Source of the DNA: Candidatus Saccharimonadota bacterium
Lineage (GTDB): Bacteria; Patescibacteriota; Patescibacteriia; 2-12-FULL-60-25
Direction: 5' to 3'
Assembly: GCA_022843095.1 (NCBI GenBank)
Contig: JALHOH010000001.1
Span: forward strand, 360,001-392,000
DNA length: 32,000 bases
Of the stretch, positions 15,185-23,081 are shown in pieces. The notes under the pieces are model-generated. The model saw nothing but the letters and a program-made list of their open reading frames with translations, searched no databases and was not told where the DNA came from. Each line of letters starts with the position of its first letter. Position 1 is the stretch's first letter. A program made the translations under genes and the position numbers.

Positions 15185-15879
15185 ATTTCGCCGGATTCCA
15201 ATCAGTCAGCCTCCTAGATTATCCAGAACACGTGTGTTCGATCGTCTTTACCCAAGGATGTCCGTTTCGATGCGTGTATTGTCATAATCCTGAGTTGGTT
15301 CCTGTGGGTACGCCGGTTGGAGGTGGGTTATCTGAAGAAGAAGTATTGCGTCGATTGGAGTCACGAAAAACCATGATTGATGGCGTCTGCGTGACGGGCG
15401 GAGAGCCGACGATCCATCCCGGATTGCCTGTGTTTTTGCGCGACGTAAAGCAGATGGGATTGAAGGTGAAGCTCGACACAAACGGTGTCCATCCAGCGAT
15501 GGTGCGCCGGGTTATCCAGGAAGGATTGGTGGATTTTATCGCGATGGATGTGAAGCATACCTGGGATCGTTATCGTGATATTGTGGGGATGATTTCGGAG
15601 AAAGCGCTGGAGAATTGTCAGGAAACGATGGTGCTGATCGCCTCGTCCGGCCTTCCGTTTGAATTTCGGACCACCGTCTACCCAGCGCTCCATGATGAGG
15701 CGTCATTACTGCAGATTGCCGCAATGTTACCGCCGGGTGCACGGTATGCGTTACAGCCCGTCCGATATGAAAAAACGCTGAAGGCCGATCTTCCGCCGGC
15801 GCCGGCACTCGATGTCGTAGGAATTGCACAAACCATTATGCGCATTCATCCAACCGTGCGGGCATGTGTCCGCGCCTAA
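15172..15879 (+). CDS. nrdG: Anaerobic ribonucleotide reductase activating protein (radical SAM)
   Basis: CPFRCVYCHNP (CxxxCxxC) and GVCVTGGEPT. The start is either ATG 15172 or ATG 15181; the latter gives an ATGA overlap with the nrdD stop. Confidence 0.9.
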   Translation: MYGMNFAGFQSVSLLDYPEHVCSIVFTQGCPFRCVYCHNPELVPVGTPVGGGLSEEEVLRRLESRKTMIDGVCVTGGEPTIHPGLPVFLRDVKQMGLKVKLDTNGVHPAMVRRVIQEGLVDFIAMDVKHTWDRYRDIVGMISEKALENCQETMVLIASSGLPFEFRTTVYPALHDEASLLQIAAMLPPGARYALQPVRYEKTLKADLPPAPALDVVGIAQTIMRIHPTVRACVRA

Positions 15880-15889
15880 TATTCTCTGT

Positions 15890-16384
15890 ATGACCTTGCG
15901 TCGCACGTATGGGGCACTTGCCGGTATTCACCTCACCCTCGCGTACGAGTGGGGGAAGGGTGGGTTTTCGAAGTGGTGGGGAGGGACATTTGTGGATGGA
16001 TTAGAGAAAACGCTGACCACGTTTGCAAGTAAGAATCCACATACGTGGTATGTCGATGCGGTTTTGCAGGTTGCGAAGGCGCATGTGGAGACCTTTGGAT
16101 GGCTTGTGATTATCGCGGAAATGGTGATTGCAATCGGGTTGGTTCTTGCGCTTCTATTTGCGATGTTTGGAAAGGAGGGATGGATGCGTTCTGTGGCGAT
16201 GGGAGCGGCAATCGTCTCCCTGTTGGTGGGGATGTTTTTGAACGTGCAGTTTTATTTTGCAGCGGGATGGATGAGCCCAAGTACACACGGGTTGAATGTG
16301 GTGCTGTTTTGGGTACAACTCGCGATGATCGTCGCTTGGATTGGATGGTGGCGCGAACCGGAATGCGCTACCATGAAGTCATGA
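15890..16384 (+). CDS. Hypothetical 4-TM membrane protein (possibly DoxX-like)
   Basis: ATG 15890 lies 11 nt after the nrdG stop. Hydrophobic helices are present (WLVIIAEMVIAIGLVLALLF, AAIVSLLVGMFLNV, VVLFWVQLAMIVAWIGWW). The family call is weak. Confidence 0.45.
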   Translation: MTLRRTYGALAGIHLTLAYEWGKGGFSKWWGGTFVDGLEKTLTTFASKNPHTWYVDAVLQVAKAHVETFGWLVIIAEMVIAIGLVLALLFAMFGKEGWMRSVAMGAAIVSLLVGMFLNVQFYFAAGWMSPSTHGLNVVLFWVQLAMIVAWIGWWREPECATMKS

Positions 16385-17325
16385 ATCTTTCCTCTGCATT
16401 TCGTCAGACGGCGTGCGTTGCCGTTGGGTTGGTTGGATGTGTCTTGCCGGGTCTTGCAAGTGCGGCGCCCACGATTGGAGGTGTGACGCCGGTAACGGCA
16501 ACCACGAATCAGCCTGTAACGCTTTCCGCCTCGGTTTCGTCTGCGGTTCCGATCAGCGTGTGTCGATTGTATGTGGATTTGGAAGATGTGGGAGAGATGA
16601 CGGTCGCGGGAGGGATGGCGAATCGTTCACATACATTTCCCGCGGGAGGTTCGCGCATCGCCTTCGTCTTTTGTCGTGATGCAAACGGTGGAATGGCGGC
16701 GGGCCCGAACACGGCCATCTGGGTGGAAGGCGCCATCATCCCGTCGGCACCGCTTCCCGGAAGTCCGGCCCCGACACCGGCCCCGACGCCTGCACCAACG
16801 CCGACACCTGCTCCTGCCCCGGTTGCAACGACGACGTCGTTCGTCCCTGTCCCGGTTGTGCGTCCGCGTTTGATCAAGCTCGCTTGTCCGACGGATCAGG
16901 CAGTCGAGGCGGATCATCCCTGCAAAGCGGTGTATTTTGTGGGGACGGATGGAAAACGCCGCGCATTTCCGAATAGCCGCGTCTTTTTTACGTGGTATCA
17001 GGATTTTTCGACGGTAGAAGAGGTGAGTGCAGCAACGCTGGCTTCGTTTCCACTTGCACGAAACGTGGGGTATCGCCCCGGAGTGCGGCTTGTGAAGTTC
17101 ACGACCGTGAACAAGGTGTACGCCGTTGGTCGTGGAGGTATGTTGCGCTGGATCGCCTCTGAAGAGGTAGCGCGTGCGCTGTATGGAATGGAGTGGAATA
17201 CAAAAGTAGACGACATTCCAGACGCGTTTTATCTGGATTATACCTTTGGGACCGATATCCTTTTGGGGAGTGATTTCGTTCCGGCCGAGGAAACCCGTTC
17301 GGCGAGTTCCATTGACGTGCGGTAG
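16381..17325 (+). CDS. Secreted protein: Ig-like N-terminal domain, PAPT linker, conserved-looking C-terminal domain of unknown function
   Basis: ATG 16381 overlaps the upstream stop (ATGA) and gives a signal peptide (ACVAVGLVGCVLPGLASA). The track extension to 16045 overlaps the previous gene out of frame and is Cys/Gly/Arg-rich noise. Confidence 0.6.
   Translation: MNLSSAFRQTACVAVGLVGCVLPGLASAAPTIGGVTPVTATTNQPVTLSASVSSAVPISVCRLYVDLEDVGEMTVAGGMANRSHTFPAGGSRIAFVFCRDANGGMAAGPNTAIWVEGAIIPSAPLPGSPAPTPAPTPAPTPTPAPAPVATTTSFVPVPVVRPRLIKLACPTDQAVEADHPCKAVYFVGTDGKRRAFPNSRVFFTWYQDFSTVEEVSAATLASFPLARNVGYRPGVRLVKFTTVNKVYAVGRGGMLRWIASEEVARALYGMEWNTKVDDIPDAFYLDYTFGTDILLGSDFVPAEETRSASSIDVR
16765..16821 (+). 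repeat. Low-complexity Pro-Ala-Pro-Thr coding repeat (PAPTPAPTPAPTPTPAPAP)
   Basis: Imperfect 12-nt periodicity ccggccccgaca/ccggccccgacg/cctgcaccaacg... inside the 16381-17325 CDS. Confidence 0.6.
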
Positions 17326-17334
17326 GATGGGATC

Positions 17335-17862
17335 ATGACCGGGAAGACGCACGCGATTGTTGGGGCAAATGCGATTTGGATCGCGCCGTTTTTAGGCGTG
17401 ACGGGATGGGAGGTGCTGCCGCTTGTGTTTGTTGGGATCGTGGGAGGGCTTTTTCCTGACGTCGATGCAAAAGAATCGGAGATCCATGATGAGACGTTTA
17501 ATGTCACAAAACTGTTGATGGCGCACAAATTGTTTGGACATCGGCGTTTTTTTCATTCATTTCTTGCCACGGGTCTTGCGGGGTGGACGATCGGTCGATT
17601 CGTTCCACCGGTGATTCCTGCCATTGCACCGGTTTTTGCTCTTGGATATCTGAGTCATCTCGTGATTGATGGGTTTAATACCAAGGGGGTCGTGTATTTA
17701 TGGCCCATCAATTGGTCAATCAATTGGGTGCCGGATTTTTTGCAAAGTCCCTGTGGCGGCTGGATGGATGATCTGTTGTTTGTGGTGGGGGCGATGGGGC
17801 TCGGAGCGTTTGCGTATGCGCATGGCACGTCTGTGTTGCAAAGTGTACTCTTTCTTCTATGA
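17335..17862 (+). CDS. YdjM/YbcI-like membrane-bound metal-dependent hydrolase (DUF457)
   Basis: MTGKTHAIVG..., GGLFPDVDAKES, HRRFFHS, LSHLVIDGFNTKGVVYLWP. Confidence 0.7.
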   Translation: MTGKTHAIVGANAIWIAPFLGVTGWEVLPLVFVGIVGGLFPDVDAKESEIHDETFNVTKLLMAHKLFGHRRFFHSFLATGLAGWTIGRFVPPVIPAIAPVFALGYLSHLVIDGFNTKGVVYLWPINWSINWVPDFLQSPCGGWMDDLLFVVGAMGLGAFAYAHGTSVLQSVLFLL

Positions 17863-18104
17863 TTACCGAGCGCATACCGTGGTGGAAAGCTCTCGCCTTG
17901 GTTTTTGATAAGAAGGTTGGATATCCGGCAAAGATCGTGGCCATTCTCGCGATCATCTACGCCGTCGTTCCAACGGATCTGTTACCGGACATTTTTCCTA
18001 TTCTTGGATGGGTTGATGATGTCCTCGTCGTGATCGGCTCTGTCTTGTATGTCGTCCGAACCGTGCGAGATGCGCTTGCTCGATCCTCCTCTGCACAGCG
18101 GTGA
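17859..18104 (+). CDS. DUF1232 / YkvA-family small membrane protein
   Basis: AIIYAVVPTDLLPDIFPILGWVDDVLVV is the family signature. ATGA overlap with the upstream stop. Confidence 0.7.
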   Translation: MITERIPWWKALALVFDKKVGYPAKIVAILAIIYAVVPTDLLPDIFPILGWVDDVLVVIGSVLYVVRTVRDALARSSSAQR

Positions 18105-18180
18105 TTCTTTACCGCTTGACAGGAGGGGTGCTTCGTGGAACGTGGTGAAGTGAGGCGAGAGGACTCTCGTTTCAGAAGGG

Positions 18181-19032
18181 ATGAAGAAGATCATGTATGC
18201 TCGCATGCTCTCTCTGTTGGTATTCACCGTGATCGCGTTGCTCCTTCCTGCACTGGCGCTTGGATGTGCGCCCGAAAAACGCGGCCCCATTCCACTCGAT
18301 CCGGTACTCCAGGCGCATGTACAGACCTTGGTATCCACAGGACCGGGTTCTGCGAATACTCGATCGCGCGAGGTAGCGCCCGTACCCATTCGTGACCACG
18401 AAACATGGCGTGACATGGGGCTTGGGATGCGGGTGTATCGATTGTCCGGAACCACCTGTGATGATACGCCGACCCCACTTCCGCCCGGAACGCCGACCGG
18501 TGGTACGCTGTGGCAACTCTGCTACGACGTTCCACCTCATGGAATGGATGGACGCGATAATGGCGACTGGGGAGACCCGATTCCCGTTGAACCTCCGACG
18601 ACGGTCATTTTCACCCGTCGTCGCGATCCGCGAGATGCATCACAGATTCTAGGAATCCTCGAGGCACCGCCGGATAACGGTCGATGGATGGCGTCGATTT
18701 TGTTGCACGTCCCAGAGGAAGATCGAGCGCCGCTGCTTCTTAATGCGGTCAACGCGTTTCGAAGTGGAGAGGAGGTATCGCATCGGCGTGCGGTCGATGT
18801 GGATGCGCGCGCGAATCACGTAATAACGATCGGTCATTTTCAGGTATGGCGCGTCGGTCCGGATGGATCGCGTGTCCTTCGGCCGACGCGAATTCTTGCG
18901 CATGCCTGCGTGGATGAACTTTCTCCCGAGTTCGGACTTGAACGGGGTGTCAGCTTCATGCCAGAAGGGACGTCCTGCCCCGCGGCGCTCGTGGAATGTG
19001 GGGACGGACGCTATCACTGTCCGACGATGTAA
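18181..19032 (+). CDS. Hypothetical secreted protein or lipoprotein
   Basis: N-terminal MKKIMYARMLSLLVFTVIALLLPALALGC (signal peptide with a lipobox-like LALGC). No motif was recognised in the mature part. Confidence 0.55.
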   Translation: MKKIMYARMLSLLVFTVIALLLPALALGCAPEKRGPIPLDPVLQAHVQTLVSTGPGSANTRSREVAPVPIRDHETWRDMGLGMRVYRLSGTTCDDTPTPLPPGTPTGGTLWQLCYDVPPHGMDGRDNGDWGDPIPVEPPTTVIFTRRRDPRDASQILGILEAPPDNGRWMASILLHVPEEDRAPLLLNAVNAFRSGEEVSHRRAVDVDARANHVITIGHFQVWRVGPDGSRVLRPTRILAHACVDELSPEFGLERGVSFMPEGTSCPAALVECGDGRYHCPTM

Positions 19033-19040
19033 GAACGCTT

Positions 19041-19066
19041 CACCCCGACCTCGTGCGGGGTGTTTC
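19041..19066 (+). terminator. Weak terminator-like hairpin
   Basis: CACCCCG-ACCTCGTG-CGGGGTG followed by only TTT. Confidence 0.4.
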
Positions 19067-19128
19067 CCTTGACGAAAACAGCAAGAACGCGGTTTCCTGG
19101 CGGGAGTACTTTTGAGGGAGGAAGGACC

Positions 19129-19890
19129 ATGAACGGTGTATCTACGCGTTTATTTGCGGATCAGGCGGCTGTTACGGTGTTATCACGGCCATTATCCGAG
19201 TCGACGATCCAGGGTGTTCTGGAGCGGATGGCGGAGCTAGAGGCGGTTCTGTATCCAGAAGATGGGACCAGCGCGTTTCTGCGAGTCTATGCAGAGGTGA
19301 CTCGTGAGGTGGAGGGAGCCTGTGATCGCAGTGTGTTTGCGAATCCAGCGTTCATTCGAGAATTGGTCGTTCGATTTGCGCAGTTCTTTTTTGACGCGCT
19401 GAGAACGTACCATGAAGGAGCGATCCCTCCTGCCGATGTGTGGTGCGCGCTCTTTCATCGTCGGTTCGTGGAGGGGATAGCGCCCGTCCAGTATGCGCTG
19501 GCCGGAGTGAATGCGCATATTTGTTACGATCTTCCCCAGGCTATTCGTCATGCATGTATTGCGGTGAATCGTATCCCGCGTCGCGACATGCGCGAGTACG
19601 AGGACTATCTGCTGATCAACGAGTTGTTGGATCAGGTGGAGATTCGGGCATTGCACGCATTAGCCGGTCCGCGGCTGCGCGCTCTCGTGGAGAGCGCTTC
19701 GCCCTGGAGTGAACGGTTGCTCATGGACTGGATTCGCGCGGCTCGAGCGCAGGCCTGGGAAGATGCGCGTCGTTACTGGTTTTTGACCCGGTACGATGTG
19801 AGTGTGTCGGCCGATCTTTTGACGGCGTTGGATCAGAAGGCGACGCGCCGAAGCCGTATCCTGTTGCTGTCGTCCGGACTTTTTCGCTAG
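19129..19890 (+). CDS. DUF5995-like protein
   Basis: FLRVYAEVTREVE...FANPAFIRELVVRFAQFFFDAL...PVQYALAGVNAHICYDLPQAI resembles my recollection of the DUF5995 signature (..LAGMNAHInhDLP..). A strong SD (GAGGGAGG) lies 7 nt upstream of ATG 19129. The track start at 19060 is rejected. Confidence 0.5.
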   Translation: MNGVSTRLFADQAAVTVLSRPLSESTIQGVLERMAELEAVLYPEDGTSAFLRVYAEVTREVEGACDRSVFANPAFIRELVVRFAQFFFDALRTYHEGAIPPADVWCALFHRRFVEGIAPVQYALAGVNAHICYDLPQAIRHACIAVNRIPRRDMREYEDYLLINELLDQVEIRALHALAGPRLRALVESASPWSERLLMDWIRAARAQAWEDARRYWFLTRYDVSVSADLLTALDQKATRRSRILLLSSGLFR

Positions 19891-19895
19891 TACGC

Positions 19896-19928
19896 ACATC
19901 CCGCAACGGTTGCGGGATGTTTCATTTT
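19896..19928 (+). terminator. Rho-independent terminator
   Basis: 11-bp stem ACATCCCGCAA-CGG-TTGCGGGATGT followed by TTCATTTT. Confidence 0.8.
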
Positions 19929-19942
19929 ATGCTAGTATTTTC

Positions 19943-20017
19943 CCCAACGTGGGCGGTTGCCCAAAGAAAGAAGGTATCAATCCCAGGCGGCGTACGGCGT
20001 CGACCTGGGACGTTGGG
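19943..20017 (+). ncRNA. Candidate structured RNA element (three-way junction); class unknown
   Basis: P1 is 19943-19950/20010-20017 (CCCAACGT/ACGTTGGG). P2 is GGGC-GGTT-GCCC (19951-19962). P3 is 19982-20009 (CCCAGGCGGCG-TACGG-CGTCGaCCTGGG). P2 and P3 abut P1 without linkers. One G-U pair favours the + strand. Confidence 0.3.
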
Positions 20018-20030
20018 ACCCGGATTTCTT

Positions 20031-20059
20031 TTGACAACCCACCACGCAATCATTCTTAT
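20031..20059 (+). promoter_or_regulatory. Putative promoter TTGACA-17 nt-TCTTAT upstream of the Nudix gene
   Basis: Consensus -35 at 20031-20036 and a 4/6 -10 at 20054-20059. Confidence 0.35.
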
Positions 20060-20085
20060 TTTTGCGTAGAAATACGTGGGTTATT

Positions 20086-20682
20086 ATGGCAGAACAATTA
20101 GAGATCGTTTGTGAGCGCACAGGGGATCTGACGGGCGAGATTCTTCATCGTCCGGAGGCGTTGGCAAAGCAGGCCTGGTGCCGCTCGACGAACGTTTTTG
20201 TGTTGAATTCAAAGGGGGAAGTCTTGTGTCACCAGCGGTCCCTCCAAAAAGAGCGGCTTCCTGGAGTGTGGTCCACTCATATGGGCGGACACGTTGGGCT
20301 CGGGGAAACCTATGAATCAAACGCCGTGAAGGAATTAGAGGAAGAGGCTGGGATCAAGATTCACGCCCCGCGTCTGTTGCCTTGGCGTACGACGCGCATT
20401 GAAAAGGCGCGCTTGTGGGCAAAGGATTTTGTGACGTTGATTGATGAGCCGGAATCCTTCTTTACGCCACAGCCGGGAGAAGTGGATCAATTTCGTTGGA
20501 TGTCGCTTGAGGAGATTGTCGCAAAATACCGTGTGGAAGAAGGAAAATGGTGCGCTGGAATCCACGATTTTCCAATGGAATATTTCTGCATGCGTTCCGT
20601 GTTGAATGCGGCGCATCATGTGGGAATTTTCGCTGTGCCAAAGGAATTGCACGTTTGGCACCCGCAATTGGGGACCGTGTAA
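20086..20682 (+). CDS. Nudix hydrolase
   Basis: Nudix box GGHVGLGETYESNAVKELEEEAGI (Gx5Ex7REUxEExGU pattern). ATG 20086 (MAEQLEIV) is preferred over the track start at 20062. Confidence 0.8.
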   Translation: MAEQLEIVCERTGDLTGEILHRPEALAKQAWCRSTNVFVLNSKGEVLCHQRSLQKERLPGVWSTHMGGHVGLGETYESNAVKELEEEAGIKIHAPRLLPWRTTRIEKARLWAKDFVTLIDEPESFFTPQPGEVDQFRWMSLEEIVAKYRVEEGKWCAGIHDFPMEYFCMRSVLNAAHHVGIFAVPKELHVWHPQLGTV

Positions 20683-20757
20683 GAGTTGACAGCCGATCAA
20701 ATAGATGGAACGTGGTGTCATAGCCACGTTTTTTCGTGGTCAAAAAGGAAGGGCGTC

Positions 20758-21717
20758 ATGAAGCGTGCCGTAATTGTGTCATTGGTTGTATGGATGATGG
20801 GAATGTCCGCCTGTGTGTGGAATATCGACGTGCATCTTCCGGGGTGTCTGCCGGATGGCGGTGAAGCTGGGGCGAACGACGGAGCTCTGGGAGATGCGGA
20901 AGATGCATCCGCGGACGCCTCCACGTTCAGAATCCCATTTATTCCCTCATTTTCTTTGGATGCGGGGATGGATGCGCCCCCGTTTTCCTATCCTGATGGC
21001 GGACGTCGATATGGATCGCCTTGGCGTCCGGAGGATGAAGATGGAGGAGCGGATGCAGCGCGAGATGTCCGAATGGATACGTCGTCTGACGCTCTTCGCG
21101 CAGATGTGGTGGATGCAGGCATGCGGGATGCGACGGTACCGGATGCAGGGCCCTTGGATGCGATTGTCCTGTCACCGCTTACCTGTTCGGATCGCGGCGT
21201 GCGTCTCCCGTCGGAGTTCTTTCGGGCAGGGCGTGAAGTGTGGCACTTTTGCTTTCAGACGCCGACGTTACGGGAAGTGACCGGCGTGGGGTTCCGCCCC
21301 GCGTCTGTGGTGTTTGCACGTCGCGATGTTCGCGGAGGATTTACGCAGGATTTAGTGTATTTTCCTGCGCCTCGCACCGCAGATCCATGGACCGCGAGCG
21401 TCGCCGTCTCGCTTCCACTCGCGGATGCGGCAAATCTTGTGCTAAACGTGCGACTGGAAAACGGGGCACAGGTTGCCTGGGCTGCGGATGTGCCACGTGA
21501 CGGAACGACCGTGCTGAGTCGGGGAATGCTCCGTGCCTGGACCGTTGCACGTGATGGGGCGCAAACGGGTGTCGAAACCCGTTTGATCCGCAGTCACTGT
21601 TTGGGCACAAATCCGGATACGTGGTTTCCGGCAGGCGGATATCTTCCGCGCGGTCGCCCGTGTCCAACGGAAACGCTCTTTTGTCAGGAGGACGCGAACG
21701 CGTGTTCGTTGCTCTAG
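20758..21717 (+). CDS. Hypothetical lipoprotein with a D/A/G-rich low-complexity N-terminal region
   Basis: MKRAVIVSLVVWMMGMSAC (lipobox-like MSAC), preceded by AGGAAGG. Repeated DAG motifs (DAGMDAPP, VVDAGMRDATVPDAGPLDA). The C-terminal ~170 aa look globular. Confidence 0.55.
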   Translation: MKRAVIVSLVVWMMGMSACVWNIDVHLPGCLPDGGEAGANDGALGDAEDASADASTFRIPFIPSFSLDAGMDAPPFSYPDGGRRYGSPWRPEDEDGGADAARDVRMDTSSDALRADVVDAGMRDATVPDAGPLDAIVLSPLTCSDRGVRLPSEFFRAGREVWHFCFQTPTLREVTGVGFRPASVVFARRDVRGGFTQDLVYFPAPRTADPWTASVAVSLPLADAANLVLNVRLENGAQVAWAADVPRDGTTVLSRGMLRAWTVARDGAQTGVETRLIRSHCLGTNPDTWFPAGGYLPRGRPCPTETLFCQEDANACSLL

Positions 21718-21720
21718 GCT

Positions 21721-21748
21721 TTCCCGGACAGACAGTCCGGGAATTTTA
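21721..21748 (+). terminator. Rho-independent terminator
   Basis: TTCCCGGAC-AGACA-GTCCGGGAA followed by TTTTAT. Confidence 0.8.
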
Positions 21749-21830
21749 TGTGTATTTTACATGCGTATCAGTATTTTTTCTCTAAAAATAGAGAAACCTG
21801 GTTTAGGAAATATATTTTGTTTATCGACGC

Positions 21831-21859
21831 TTGACAAAACCGTCTTTTCGTGATATTCT
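21831..21859 (+). promoter_or_regulatory. Near-consensus sigma70 promoter with extended -10 (TTGACA-17 nt-TGaTATTCT)
   Basis: TTGACA at 21831-21836, TG at 21851-21852, TATTCT at 21854-21859. It lies in an AT-rich 200-bp spacer about 90 nt upstream of ATG 21952. Confidence 0.6.
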
Positions 21860-21951
21860 CGTTTGTCGACCTGGAAATCCCGTCGGATATTCAGGCGACC
21901 AAGTTCGTTTCCAACAACATCCCTCTATAACGGGGGAGAAAGGTTCGTGAC

Positions 21952-22449
21952 ATGAACAACGGAAACATCGATTTGTCCGCTTTCGGTTCGTTCGAGAACA
22001 TCGGCGAGGCCCTCGCGGCCGTCGCCAAGGCGAACGAGGCTGCCGCTGTGAAGCCTGCCCCCGCCCCGGCCAAGCCGGTGGCGACCCCGGCGGCGCGCAA
22101 GTGCGCCGGAAAGGTCGGAGGGAAGCCGTGCAGCACGGTCTTCCTCCCGCGCCACGTGTCGCACACGTTCTGCGTCCGCTGCCACAAGCAGCTGCTCGCG
22201 GAGCAGGAGGTGGCTGAGGCCGAGGCGCGCAAGCGTCTCGAGCCGGTCGCGGCGCGAGAAGCGGAGAAGCGTCTCCGCCTCGAGTGGGCGCGCAGCGCCT
22301 ACGAGGCCGGCGCCCTCAGTGCCGCATCGGGCGTCAAGGTCATCGAGTCCGGCGCACAGGTCACTGTGGTCTGCGCCGGCCACTCGGTCACTTTCACTTC
22401 GCCGTCGCGGGCGGCCGAGATCGCCGCCGCGAAGAAGCGGAGGAAGTAG
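21952..22449 (+). CDS. Hypothetical 165-aa protein with a Cys4 zinc-ribbon-like motif (GC-rich cassette gene 1)
   Basis: The purine-rich GGGGGAGAAAGG ends 8 nt upstream of the ATG. C-x8-C-x13-C-x2-C (KCAGKVGGKPC...FCVRCH), an Ala/Pro-rich linker, E/A/R-rich helix and basic tail KKRRK. The overlapping minus-strand ORFs are R/G/L-rich shadows. Confidence 0.55.
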   Translation: MNNGNIDLSAFGSFENIGEALAAVAKANEAAAVKPAPAPAKPVATPAARKCAGKVGGKPCSTVFLPRHVSHTFCVRCHKQLLAEQEVAEAEARKRLEPVAAREAEKRLRLEWARSAYEAGALSAASGVKVIESGAQVTVVCAGHSVTFTSPSRAAEIAAAKKRRK

Positions 22450-22575
22450 TCTTTCATCTTGGGGTTCTGGACGTTCCCCGTAGGCGCTCGCAAGAGCGCC
22501 TCAAACAACGTCCAAGGTCTTTGGGTCATGTCTCATGCTTGTCGACGTGATTCAAAGCTCCTTCCATCCCATCGA

Positions 22576-22629
22576 GACCCCTTTCAGACGCAGCAAAACG
22601 TACGGTTGTGTTCCGTCTGAAAGGAGGTC
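22576..22629 (+). promoter_or_regulatory. SD-sequestering hairpin in front of cassette gene 2
   Basis: GACCCCTTTCAGACG (22576-22590) pairs with CGTCTGAAAGGaGGTC (22614-29): 11 bp, a 1-nt bulge, then 4 bp, around a 23-nt loop. The 3' arm contains the SD AAGGAGG and ends 2 nt before ATG 22632. Confidence 0.5.
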
Positions 22630-22631
22630 TC

Positions 22632-23003
22632 ATGGACGAGATCCTCGCGAGTGTCGCGGCTCGCATGCGGGGCGCGTTGCCCGCAAATCCCGCGACCGAG
22701 CTGTCGGAGCAACTCCGGCAGCTCGAGCAACTGGGGCAGACGATCCTGTGGGCGCTCGCGCTCGCTGCGGTCGTCTGGGCGCTGTTCCATCTCCTTCGCG
22801 CGGTAAGCGCATGGAGATGGAAGCGGAGTGTCCGGGTCTCGCTCGAGACGCAGACGAAGCTCCTTCAGGAGCAGAATCTGCTCATCGAGCGCCAGACCAA
22901 GGCGCTTGAGACGATCGCGAAAGCGATCATCTCCCACACGGGTGCACTACCCGTGACCCCTCCGGCTCCGCGTCCTGCGGAGCCCGAGAAGCGTGCGGCG
23001 TAG
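22632..23003 (+). CDS. Hypothetical 123-aa single-pass membrane protein with a coiled-coil C-terminal part (GC-rich cassette gene 2)
   Basis: Strong SD AAAGGAGG. One TM (TILWALALAAVVWALFHLL), then a heptad-like LETQTKLLQEQNLLIERQTKALETIAKAI and a Pro-rich tail. Confidence 0.55.
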   Translation: MDEILASVAARMRGALPANPATELSEQLRQLEQLGQTILWALALAAVVWALFHLLRAVSAWRWKRSVRVSLETQTKLLQEQNLLIERQTKALETIAKAIISHTGALPVTPPAPRPAEPEKRAA

Positions 23004-23032
23004 ACGTTCTACGCCGATCCTCACGTTTCTCG

Positions 23033-23081
23033 ATCCCCCTGAATACGTCTCCTACAAGAGATGGATTCAGGGGGATTTTTG
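23033..23081 (+). terminator. Rho-independent terminator of the cassette
   Basis: 12-bp stem ATCCCCCTGAAT (23033-23044) / ATTCAGGGGGAT (23065-23076), a 20-nt loop, then TTTTT. Confidence 0.75.

Noticed and set aside
16045-16380. 5' extension of the 426-aa ORF overlapping the preceding membrane-protein gene
   Set aside because: It overlaps 15890-16384 out of frame and its composition is Cys/Gly/Arg-rich. ATG 16381 gives an ATGA junction with the upstream stop and a clean signal peptide.
16627-17352. 241-aa minus-strand ORF antisense to the secreted-protein gene
   Set aside because: Extremely Arg-rich (RRRRCNRGRSRCRRWCRRRGRCRGR), mirroring the PAPT repeat on the other strand. It is a shadow ORF.
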